A stretch of DNA of 64,000 bases from the NCBI GenBank assembly GCA_050084515.1, contig CM114271.1, positions 31,744,001-31,808,000 on the forward strand, in the 5' to 3' direction. The notes under the pieces were generated by a model. It searched no databases and was not told the DNA's origin. It worked only from the letters and a program-made list of their open reading frames with translations. The translations under genes and the position numbers were made by a program. Below are positions 11,490 through 23,560 of this stretch, one piece after another (position 1 is the stretch's first letter; each line of letters begins with the position of its first letter). Origin of the DNA: Blasia pusilla (taxonomy: Eukaryota).

Positions 11490-12830
11490 TTTTATAATAA
11501 AATTAACTTAAAAAGAGGCAAAGAAAGGTAATAACAATTCAAAAGAGGAGTCAAAAAATGTATAAAAGAATGCAAAAAGAAAATGGTAGCAAACCGACGC
11601 AAACACCGGCTCAACGAACTACACGATTGATAGCTTGAAACAAATCTGATAAGAACACAAGTGTTTGGTAAGACGTGAATGGACGACGAGGCGAGCAACC
11701 CCCCACCATCTCCGCACCACGTATCAATGCCAAGGCTTGTGCACGTTGTAAGGCCACTGAGATGCATTGCCAAAAATAAGTAGTAACTACCGAGAGAGAA
11801 GGACTACGGGAAGGGGCAAGGTGATGATTCTCGAGGGAGTGGTGAGCACATGTTTTCAGGAAAGTATCAAAAGACACATGTAAATGACCGAATACTTCCA
11901 CTGCAAAAGGAATAAATCTATCAGTCGCATGTCTCACAGCATAACTTAACTCATTGATTCTTGTTGCAGTTTCGACCGCCACACCTTTGGTATGTGCGGC
12001 TCGACACACCAAGTCAGAATGTGTTGGATCAACAACCACCACATCACCTAGTGTCCGGAATCCACCTCGAGACATAACAAGATTCACTCTCCGACGAGAG
12101 GTTGCTTGTGTGGTTGAAGGTAGGACATGGAGTTGCTCTTGCCCAACGGTGTATCCTACAGTACCAGCCACTAATGCTACCGCCTCTCTAATGACATCAT
12201 GTGTGGCCGTTCATTCTCCACCATGTGCACATTGGAGAATATGGATACCCTTGGCATCAATGGGATCCCCGCAAACACAATTCGGCACACCTAAGAGAGA
12301 AGGATGGGGAAGTCCAAGAAGTAACTGCAAAGCTGTCGAGAATGTACTTCGAGGAAGACGAAATGGAAGAATAAGAGGATTTGCAACAAGCCACGCCCTC
12401 GCTCCGGTACCCGCACATGAACGTAGACGAGCTCGATTAGCGTCGAAGGATGCCTCGGAGAGAATGCTGGAAAAGTTGATTTGATGCAGATTCTTTGAGA
12501 TATGCTCTTGAAGTCGATCAACCCCTTCCGTGATCAGTTGACTGAAAAGGGGGTAGAATTGCTTGTGTAGCAAGAGGAAGAAGAGCTCGTGCAGATCTCA
12601 GTTGTTGTTGAAATAACAAGTCCACCTCCTCTACATGGGCAATATGATCCATCAAGATAGTTGTATCTCCTAGGAGAAACCTTGAAGCCATAATCGGTGC
12701 TACCAACGCCCAACTCACCAAAAAGGCTTCGGGAGCAAATGCGACTGTGGAGGACAGTCCCACCCCTCCAAAAGAAATAGGCAAGATAGTTTGAATAGTT
12801 TTATTAATGAAAGGATTAATGATGCTCACA
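11490..12830 (-). mobile_element. 5'-truncated CRE-clade non-LTR retrotransposon (RT thumb, CCHC finger, restriction-like endonuclease), inactive
   Basis: LPISFGGVGL, ARLRSCAG…AWL, CVCGDPIDAKGIHILQC..GGE*TATHD, RRVNLV…GDVVVVDP and FIPFAVEVFG. One frameshift and one in-frame stop; T-rich 3' UTR. Confidence 0.85.
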
Positions 12831-14162
12831 CAAATTCATAACATGTGAATTATTTGTCACATGTGGAAAAAAATGTCAATAGTAGCTTTTAAATTTTTAT
12901 TTTTATTTTTATTTTTTATTTAATTTCCAAATTTAAGAATAATTTCTAATTTTAAAATCTTAAAAGAGTAAGAAAATTTCACCTTTAAATAACACTCATC
13001 TTCCCTGAATAATTTCACTCCTCCGTAAAAGCTCAAACAGTAACTATTCTTCCCCTTCCATTCTTCCCATCATAATAACATTCACTAACCTAAATCTTAG
13101 TTAATAATTAACAAAATAATTTCATTTTTCCATTAAAATTCATTTTCCTTTCCCAAAATATCACACGTGAACTAATACGATTATTTTTAAAAATGATCAT
13201 GTTATTTACTTCAAATTTTAAATATGATTTCTATTTTCTAAGATCTTAGAAGAGTAATAACATTTCATTGTTCTTAGTAATTACAATTCTCCATTCAAAT
13301 TTAAATGATATCTCAATACATTAAGTAATTTTATTTTTCCATAAAATTTAAACAAAATCTACCTCTTCATTAAATTTTATTTCCTTTTTTCATCAAATAT
13401 GAATTGAGGTACAAATTCTAAAATTTTGGTTATCTATCATACACTGAAATCCCTATTGGTTTCCTTTGTTCTATTTCTATCCATCTAATAGGAGTAGCAT
13501 GTTGCCTATTTTGTCTAATCGCCCGCTATCTTGTCGTATTGTGCATATGTTGATATCCATTTTTATATAGATGATCGTAAGCTAGGTGATTAGGACTTCG
13601 AAGGTGGCTGGAGCCCCTTTCCATACCTTTCAAAGTAAATAAATGAAAGGATTTATCTTTCCTAATTAACGAATTAAGAAAAAACCTTATAAATTTGATC
13701 CTAACCCATGTTTAGAGCATGAATAATAATATCTCTAATATAAAAACCTAAATTATAAGACACTAACTATAGTGAAGAATAGAAATTTTTCATATCTATT
13801 TTATGAAAGTGTATTCTCTAAAACTCTATAAAATATGCATGTCAAAACCGTCACCCGGGGATTTTTTTTTTTTCGACCTGCCCTTGCAAGGAAGTGTACT
13901 TGTTTTATTGTGGATTATTTGATTTTCAATCAAATTAGCGTTTAATTTTCATTATCCAAGCAACTTTCCCCTACTTCCTTCCACTTCACATTACCTCCTA
14001 ATCATCCACATCATACACCCTAGGTGGTATACCAATGTTATGCAAGATAGAAAAAAACACAGTGGACTTTTAAATGGAAGGATTTGCAGATTTGAGAGGG
14101 AGTCCGCCTCTTAAACTCATAATTCCTGAAATTGTCTAAATGCTAAACTCAATTTGTATGTA

Positions 14163-14352
14163 CTAGCATAATGCCCATGCTATGCACGAGTGAAAATCAT
14201 CCGTGAGGAAAGACATTTCGTTAATTTAGTTTTTCTATTACGTTAATTTAACTTTTCTATTGCACGTGTGATCACTGAAGGGGGTTAAAAGATACACGTG
14301 TCAACACCAAAAGAAGGGGTATTCAAACCCCATCCTCTTTTAATTATATAGA
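14163..14352 (-). mobile_element. 190-bp non-autonomous Helitron
   Basis: Minus strand reads A|TCTATATAATTA … CTCGTGCATAGCATGGG hairpin … CTAG|T, inserted at an AT dinucleotide with no TSD. Confidence 0.8.
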
Positions 14353-15399
14353 TGTCACTTGGACCCTAAATAGACCTTCGAGTTATTCTATATATCTATT
14401 GATTGTTTCATCTCGCAATGGCACATGCAACTTTCCTTAATGGTATAGATGCATATATGATCTCTCCTACTTTATTTCCTTAAACTCTCATTATTTTGTA
14501 CTCCATATAAGCTTTATTGCTTACCATCCTTTTCCACTAAAGTTCATCTTCCTATCACCTACTCAGGTCCATCTTACCCCATAGACTCCCCACATCCCTT
14601 ACTTTTCCAAAGCGCCTCCTCCTTCATTGCAAGTAATTGTGTAGGGGTTTGGGTTTGGGAATTTACTAATATGTAAAGTTAGAGTGGACAATTATCGTGG
14701 ACGAGAAGAGAGTGGGATTCCATGATGTTAGGTTGAAGGGCGAGGTATGCAAGATTTTGCTATGGACTATCTCTTGGGTATGATTTCTTTTCTCTTTTTC
14801 TTTGTGTGTGTGTGTGTGGGGGGGCAAGGATGATGTTATGTCTCTCTCAAGATGAGTTGCATCCATGCCTTGACCCTCAAAGATAGCTGTGCGTTCAAGA
14901 AAAAGGCAGAAATTTAGTCAAGATACACTAGATACCCATGCTCTATTGGTAGCTACTACTTCTCCTTTCACGTTGGTATCTTTGCTATATTCCAGGTGCA
15001 AAGTTGACCATATGGAGGTTTTGGCTTGCAAGAAGAGGTTTTGTGGAGGTGATTGGGAGTCTCTTCAAAGTGATAATATGGCTTGCATCAAAGGTAGCAC
15101 TTCACTTGGTTTACCGTTAGATAATCTTGTAGCATCAATCGAGGTCACAATGTTGTAAGACAACATAACGTGCTTGCCAATACTAGTGAGTTGTGCATGT
15201 TCTTCGTCCTCTAGCTTTTGTGACTCCAATAATTGATAGCATTGACGCCCTTTGGAGGCTACATCTTTGCCTAGTGATTGATATTCTAGCTTTCGTGCAT
15301 GAATTTCACCTTGACAAGTGGATTGAGTCTCTAACCAAAACTCAATATTTGTGCCTCAAGTTTAGCATCACGTTTTGTAGGTATTGGAGTATCAAACCC

Positions 15400-16520
15400 G
15401 CATGCCTCTCACTCCTCCTCTATTATGCGAGCCTCTTGCATGACCTTATGAGTAGTAATCACATTGTAGTGATGATAATCCAAAATAAATCGACATATCA
15501 TGGTTTTCAGGTAGTGCGGAGAATCATGTTCATGTGCCATTATGAAACTTTGCAATAATGGCATTCCACTTGCACTACTGATATGCATGTATTTGGTCCA
15601 TCCACATATGCATGTGTTACTCACATACATGTTGCACAATCAGGAAAGGAAATCTCTTCGTCTCAAATACTACCAAGTAACCAGAGGTGCTCAACATGAT
15701 GCTCCATAAGGCCTTGGCTCCCTAGTGCACTCGCTCCATGTGTGGAGCCGCTACAGCCTCACCACCTACATCTAATCCTTATACTACCCTACGTCATAGT
15801 GGAATTGAAGCCCATCATACATTGGCTTCTTATGCTTGGGAAAGGCATACCATTGCCTTCTCCATGCACACTGCTAATGTGTGAACCTCTTGGTTCTTGA
15901 TCATATTTTGTGCATGCTACTCTATCATGGTCCCATCTAGAGAATATAATATGAGGGACAAAATGCATGTAATACTCAAAAACACTCCTTTGACCGAGGG
16001 TCATAGTGACCTCCAACCCAATCATAACATCCAGAATAGGAGTAGATGATTGCCCATCTAGTGATACTCTCAAACTTGACCATGAACTAGAGCAAGTGCA
16101 TTTTCAACTTTTGTGCAAGTTTTGGAACTTACACACAACTCACAAAATTTTTTTGCATTGATTTTTATTGAAGACTAAGTTATAGTCAAGCTCACTGGAC
16201 ACCCAAACTGCTATATTTGGTACTCACAAGAAGTAGGAACGCTTAATCTTGGTTAGTTAGTTACGCACGATTATCTTAACTAGGATTAGTTAATCACAAT
16301 TAGTCTAAATGAAGACTACAGTTAGGATTAGGGTTAGGGTTGCTTATAGATACCCTATATAATTGAGAAGGGGACCAACCTCTACTCATTCTCTCATTGC
16401 AAAATTTCATTCTTCATGATGGTGTACGTGTGAGTGTGAGAGTCTTATGTATCCCATCAGTTATGCTTCTTTAGTAGTTTTCGACAATTTTTGCACCCAC
16501 AAGGCTTTGCTACTCTAGAC
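15400..16520 (-). mobile_element. Possible highly decayed LTR-retrotransposon remnant
   Basis: Degenerate zinc knuckle ECHYCKVS*WH at ~15540-15565 on the minus strand, next to an LTR-like TATA/TTAGGG-containing segment. Confidence 0.3.
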
Positions 16521-19500
16521 ATATGCAAATCCCAGACATAGGAATTGAATGGACTGGTATAGAAGCTATAAATCATGGTTTAATAGCTCTCAAGATTCAC
16601 AATGGACTCATAATTATGAGATTGATGGAAGAGATAATGAATTGTTTAGCGATGTCGTATAGTAAAATCACCCACTATGTAAACTCCTCTCTCATTAAGT
16701 GTTAGAGAGAGTTTTAAGTAAATTAGTTTAGAAAATTGAAATTTACATGTTTAAACCTATTTAGGGTAGCTCATTTATGCGGGCCCAACTTGAGGAAAAG
16801 AGGTCATAAATAAGATATGGGAGTATAAAAGTAAAGTATTGGGATTAGTGTTTTAATGAGAGAAAAGCAAAAGTAGTCTTGGTTGGTGGCTAGGGTAGTT
16901 GGGATAGCTTGAAGGACATGAAGTGAGTTGATGAGGATATTTTGGGGGATATAACATGTAATCTACTTGTGTCAAAATGGGATTGGCTAAGCCTTGAGAG
17001 GAAGCCATGTGGCACAGGATAATATTAGCCCTATTTTATACTCTTGTGGATCCTTGAGAGTATATAAAGAGAGACCTTCAAGGGTTCATCACCTTCTACT
17101 TTATTTCTTGAGGGTGCCTTGTTGCTCTTGAGTGGATGGAATTGGCTTGCTTGCTCTTCCAATGAGAGTAGATTATCCCTCTTGGGAGAGTAACTTGGTT
17201 GAGTTATATTCTCTGAGAGTTTCAAGAGTCTAATATGAGATGGTTATTTGAGAAGACTTATCGTCTTAGGAGAGTTTTGTCATGCGAGGGATAGTGGATG
17301 GTTTTGTCTTGTTATTTTTCCAATGAGAGTATATTACCTCTATTGGGAGAGCAACTCTGCCAAAACCTATTCTTTAGGAGGTAGAGAATATCCGTTAATT
17401 ATGGATAGGGGTGGAGCATGAGTTGGATTTGATTTTCCTTTCCTTAATCCGTACCACATCAAGATTCTCTTTGTAGATAGGCATTGGTTTATTCGCTATC
17501 TAGTTTATCATTTTGGGGAGGCATTCATGAATCAAGTCATGCACTCTCCAACTTTGGTGATTCTTCCTATCGTCACGTACGGAAGGACATAGGATTGTAC
17601 TTTGTATGTCCTTATATAACAATCCATGGATGTTAATAGGCCTACTCAAGTACGATTTAACACGAGTTATATTATTTTTCTTGTATACAAGCGTAAAGTA
17701 CTTTACAAGGACTTTATAGTTAGGAATTTTGGGGTTTGATGTTATGAAAAAATGATCGCCTCGGCACTACCATTTGTGATTCTTGTCGTGAGAGAATGGA
17801 AAGTGTATATAATAATTCTGCATTGAAAAAGGAGAACTTCTTAGGGAGTTTACCTTGTATTAACCACGTGTGCCGCAACTAGAAGGTTCATCCTTACTCA
17901 AAGGAAAACTCTTAATAGGACAACGATCTCTTTGCGAGTCTTGGAAGCTAGATGGTACCTACAATGGAGCTACAAAGAGGAAAAATAGAAGGAAAATTTC
18001 CTTTTGTCTCAAATACACCCCCCCCAATATCCCCACATTTCTCCATTTCCCATTGCTTCTCAAGCTTCCTACATTGAGTGTTCCATTCTATCCTTTATCG
18101 ATGTCGTAACCAAAGAGGAAATTAAATTGAATGCGCAGTGGAGGTCTCTATTTTTATCCCCCAAGCGTTAGATGATATTTGAATAAAATCATACTATAGA
18201 GGTGAAGAAATTATGTGACAAATGTAAGTTGGCTTGAGCGTGGATTGCACAAGAGTCTAGTAGGCATGTCGGTTGCACCAAAATGGACAAGTCCTTCAAT
18301 GGGAGGGATATGTCCATACTTGGGTTTTTTTTATGCCCAAGTTGCCCATGTAAGCTCCAAACTACGGGAACATGTGCGAGTTAGGATGAAGAGTGTGGGC
18401 TGAAGGCACGCCATGGGCACGATACATGCTACCAATGGGTGTGACGCATGCGCCTTTGTAGACCTAGCATAGGCTTGCGGGTTGGAAGGCGGGCCTATCG
18501 CGGGCTAGTGGGGAGGCAAGGCGCAAGCTAGCTAATGGGCTTACCGCGGGCATGCTTGTTGGCATGCGAGCCTTTTGTAGGTCTGGTGGGCTGAGGACGG
18601 GCGTGGCATGGGCTGCGATGCCTACCACATGCCATGTGGGCCTGATGCGGGCTTAGTACGGGCAAGGAGGGCAAGGTGCAAGCTTAGGTGTAGACCATAT
18701 GAGTTGGGTTTGTGCCTAGATTTGGCACACCCGGGATGCTTGTGGGCCTAGGTTTGGAGGATACGGGTTGTACGAGCTGAGGCTCAAGATAGGATCAGAT
18801 GGTACGAGTTAAAGCGGGCTCTGCAAGGCTGGCCGCGGGCTTCAGAGCAGGCCTCATACATGCTTGAACGCAAATTGTGTAGAAAGATTGTGTGCGGATA
18901 GGGGAAGATTTTGATTGTTATTGAAGGCACTTGAAGGGATGGAGAAGAAAGTAGAAGATTAAAATATAGTTTCATAGGGTGGTTGTATTAGAGAAAAGGT
19001 TAGTTGCAAATGAAAGTGGTTAAAGAAGTGGGAATAGTATAAGTGGAGAGAGGAAGGAAGGATGTTAAAATATAATTGAATAGGATCATTGTTTTTGAAA
19101 ATAGGTTAGTTGTAAACTAAAGTGGGTAAAGAAGTTAAGATAATTGAAAAAGGATTGGGATTAGGAGAACAAAATAATATTTGCTAAATGGTGATTAGTG
19201 GAAATGGTTTAGGAATAAATAGTAAGTGGCGGTAGATGAGGAAAAAGAATGAAGTATTCATTCTCTTCCTTCCATCCTCCCTCGTATGAACTTTCTCATT
19301 CTTGGCATATCCTCCCTTCATGTCTCACTCTCTATATCGGATGGGGTTAGTAGCTGCTTGTAGTGATGACCAAAGCGAGATAAATCCAACAGATCGTGAA
19401 GGAAGATTAGGAAGAAGTACAAAAGGAAGGTGGAACATCAAGCAAATGCCAATTTAAGTGTTGTTCCTATTCTATGAAAACCTATTATATTACGAGGATG

Positions 19501-20698
19501 GTGGAGCATTTTACACGAGAGACACAAAACACAAATGATGGGAATCATGATATCCATCATGCCAAATTAGACACTAGTAGAAAATATGCCATTTTTAACC
19601 CATATGTTTGTGACTTATGTTACTACGAGTCATTTGAATTACACTTAGTTACTCCAAAGTTGGTCTATTGACTCGTGAGTTACTCACAAGATGGTTTAGT
19701 CACAAAAAGTTACTAATGTAAACTTAGAGAGGAAAAAGAGTTTTGGATCAAGATGGGAAGACCGACAAAAGAGAAAGAAAATAAATTAGAAGATAGAATT
19801 TCTTCAACACATCTAACTTGGCTTAAGAAATTTTTTCAAATATTTTACTTTATTAATTGCGGAAAAAATAATTTACCTCTTTTCCAATCCCCGTCTTCCA
19901 ATAAGTAAAAGAAATTTTCTTACTTTGATGCTTTTTTCCCAAAAGAGGGATTAAAATTTTCTCCCAATCTAGCTTAAAAATTAAAATAATATAGAAATAA
20001 TATTTCTTCCATTATTTTAAAGGATAATTTTTGTCCCATTAGCATACTATTATCCTTTTCCTTTTTTCCCAAAAGGCAAAGTAATTAACTAAACTTTAAG
20101 TTGTTTTTTCTCATAACTTCATTGGCACGAACCTTGAGAATAGAATTTTAAATTTTCTAATGAAAATAGAGAATAAAAATGAAGGAGAATCTAAAATATT
20201 TCATGTTTGAGATTTGATTTAATTATAATTAATTCATTCTTTTAAAAAATTAACCTAATTATTTAAAGCTTCCCATTCTTTTTTTTCTCGTAGTATAGGG
20301 TAGAATCGAAAAAGCTCCATGAATTAATTGGCTTCATGGAAAAATCTCATAGGTATAATTTATTTATTGGTTCTCAAAATGAAGTAACGCACTTAATAAC
20401 AAGATGATGTCTATTATTTTTCAAGTAAAAAAACTCCCGCGCTTTGGCTTGATGTCATCCTTATTTGCGCCTAAGTTTGTATCTCGGACATTCTTCTCTT
20501 CTCTACTCTTACCCAAGTACGCACAGATGTCCCGCTAGATCTAGAGTCAAGGGTCATTGAAGAGACGGAGTATCCTTTCTCGCATCTCTGCATCAGTGAT
20601 TACTATGTGTATGACTCTTTCAACGTCAAACTTAAATTGATCCCTGGTGAGTCAGCATGAACTATATGCACCTTCTACGTGAGTACTTCAAATTTCTT

Positions 20699-20702
<4 letters not shown>

Positions 20703-20769
<67 letters not shown>
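20703..20769. repeat. (CT)n microsatellite
   Basis: Pure dinucleotide run. Confidence 0.97.
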
Positions 20770-20771
<2 letters not shown>

Positions 20772-21590
20772 GGGCAGTGTTCTTGAATCAAAAAAGTAGA
20801 ATGGGATCGCATTCAAAGTCTTCCAGTTGTTTGATATCCTGTAGAAAGAGGAGGAGGGAGATGAGCAATTAGACGTATTCTTTCAAGATGATGATGGTGA
20901 GGAGGAGGAATCCAAGAGCTCTGCTGGAGGTGGCCAAATTGATGAAGGAGTGTTGGAACTTAGGGAAAAGGTCAATTTTGGTTCCAATCTCACCGGAAAG
21001 TTTCGCTCTCGTACAGCCTCTACTAATGGGTACACTAAACCCTATGAGGTTGTAAAACCCTAACATCCTAACTTTCGGGTCCTAGGATATGTTGAAGCAT
21101 CCACGTTTCTCCCCTCCTCCACGACCATGCTCTCTATTTCAAATTTGAGTTTCAGTCACGGCGTGAGTGAAAATCAAGCGTTCCCTCCCTCCCCCATCTA
21201 GTTCTTGTTGATTTGTGTTGTTGTGATTCGGAGTGCGCGGCCACTTCATGTTGCTCGAGTTGCGTGGATGTGTGGGAAAATTGTGAGATTGCTAAGTAGA
21301 ACCTCAAGCAATAGAGTGTAGGTGCGGTCCAGATCTTTCTCTATCTTTTTCTCTCTCTCTTTTGTCACTGTTTCACATTGAATTTCATTTTGCTTGGAAA
21401 TGCCAATCTGAGGCTTGAATCTAACATCGTATGCTATGTGTGCTCGACTTACGTTCATCATCACTAACTATGTTTTGTTATACAGCAAGCAAAGTGGAAG
21501 AGTCGCTCAAATCAAAGGTCACTCACTTGTAGATTGAAGAATTTCATCTCTTGATTTTGCAAGTCATGATTTTTTAGAACACTGTTAGTC

Positions 21591-21595
21591 TTTCT

Positions 21596-21673
<78 letters not shown>
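21591..21673. repeat. (CT)n microsatellite
   Basis: Dinucleotide run directly 5' of a LINE fragment. Confidence 0.97.
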
Positions 21674-21676
<3 letters not shown>

Positions 21677-21944
21677 CCGTCCAACCAGATTGTGTGGAGA
21701 TTGTGACTCAAAGATGCTCGATGATGAATGACATTACCTTTTCAATTGGAGGCTCCATGACCACATCAGACTAGAGCTTACGGATCCCTCAAGGTCTCTG
21801 ATTTCATGGCTAGGTGGAATTAATTTCAGATTGGTATTGGTCTTACATAGGTGCATGTATCAGAGATCCTCATGATGATGCTTTCTGTTGTTGAAAAATT
21901 TGCAAATGAACGTCCCATGGTCTTTGGTCAATAAATCGCTTCAT
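21674..21944 (+). mobile_element. Diverged, 5'-truncated RTEX-like LINE 3' end
   Basis: LCGDCDSKMLDDE*HYLFNWRLHDHIRL aligns to LCRFCNSGLVDDEHHYLFDCTFHDHIRL (32490-32575). Ends GTCCCATGG…CAATAAATCGCTTCAT, like the 32812 terminus. Confidence 0.8.
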
Positions 21945-23389
21945 CCCTTTCCCTCTCTCCATGGACAAAAAAGAAACGGGGTTTCATTAATTCATTATGC
22001 TTTGATCTGGCCTCCCCATGCATATGCACATACATATTTAAAAATGCCAAAAGCTAAAACAAGTCTGCTGGAGGTCGAGACTCCTGGGAGAGGAAGATCT
22101 CAACGTCACAAGATTTGAGGCTCTGAGTTGCGGATTTTGGCTATTTTCCCGATCGACCTTACTTGACTGTCCAGTCCTTTGCATTCGCGCTTGTGCTCTT
22201 TGCGTGTAACTATGCCAAAGATTCAATGTCTATGTGTTTCCTCTCCAGATGAGGCGCAACGATGGTAGGACGAGAGGATTTGGAGTACGCACAAGTTTAG
22301 TAACAGTCTTGGCTTTTGCTGCAGCAATCGTTATGAAGCTCGGATGACCTCGAAGCCCATATGTTGCTTCAACATCTAGTCGTTTCCCAGCATTGCAATC
22401 CGTCATGCTGCCTCTAGCCCTGAATCGGTGCTCCCATATCCTACATGACATTCACAACAACAACTATGAGGCTAGGTCTTGCTGCATTATATCCATAAGA
22501 AGCTCTCTGGAGCTCTAGGACAGTGGGAGCATGAGCAAAGTTGAATGCGGAGATGATTCAGAAAAGAACACGCATTTAATTTGATCTTTCCAACAGGGCT
22601 CTATGGATTGCATCATGATCAGAAGCCTCTTGACTAGAGTGAACGCCATCATCCATGTGGATGTGGGAATGGAGGGCAATCTGGATTGCCAAGTCTCCCA
22701 ATGGTAGCAATTGTGGCCTACAATGCTAGCATTCTCTAGATCACCAAATACCGTTTCTATGGAGGGATGGATGGAGTTGTCTCATCCAAGTGTGGCACGC
22801 AAGCCGACATCAAGCTACAATAGGCACTACTTAATGAGTACAGTCTCTCTCACTCAGGGTTGCAAGGCTGCGACAAGCACCACTTAGTGAGTAGAGTCTC
22901 TCTCTCTAGAAACCCGTCAACTCTCAAGTGTCAATGATTTGGATTATGCTCTGCAGTGCTTGTGCTTTGCTTAGTTATGGACTTCTTTCCTCTGTTAGAG
23001 TGGTGTGGTGAGGAGAAGCTACATGGGAAATTGCAAAAATTCCACGGAAGTAGCGGGGTTTCAATGTAAGTCTCGTGTGGTGTGTGTAGTACTTCTTTGA
23101 ACGTATTTAGGATTATCATGGTATGCATCCCACATGGTTGAGCAATGAAATAATACATAATTTGTTGTGTTGTACTCCAATAGGAATAAAGGTATCAAAG
23201 CAACCTGATATAAATGGAAGGACTACGGGAGTATGACTAGATAACTTTTCATTTTTGTAGAGTCTATCTTTTCTAGAGTTGCTTCAAAAAGTCATCAGGC
23301 CATTAGCTAAGGAGATTATTGAGGGTAGTTAGAGCTACAGTGATGCGCTTATATATACTATAAGCTTGTCAATATCGTAGTGGATAATA

Positions 23390-23560
23390 CAATCTAGGAT
23401 GCAAAATAAGAGAATGGCAAAGTTTAGAGGGGATGGAGTTCCCTTGGGAGGAGAGGATCTGCCACTATTGCAAGGAGAAGCATAATGTGCATATGATAAG
23501 AAGATGAAAGTCTTGCAATATTCCTCTGCCTTTTGTACTACAAAAGAAGGTTGGACCTTT
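23390..23560 (+). mobile_element. Short decayed LINE C-terminal zinc-finger fragment
   Basis: PWEERICHYCKEK…EDE.L..FLC..Y, broken by frameshifts. Confidence 0.45.

Noticed and set aside
17500-17880. Possible Copia integrase remnant (ITNGSAEA on the minus strand)
   Set aside because: Only one weak motif, not enough to call.
18200-18900. GC-rich stretch as a gene or RNA
   Set aside because: No coherent ORF, termini or RNA motif; probably the interior of a decayed repeat.
20888-20970. Kinase-like LMKECW reading
   Set aside because: No other kinase motifs, and an alternative acidic frame fits the splice sites better.
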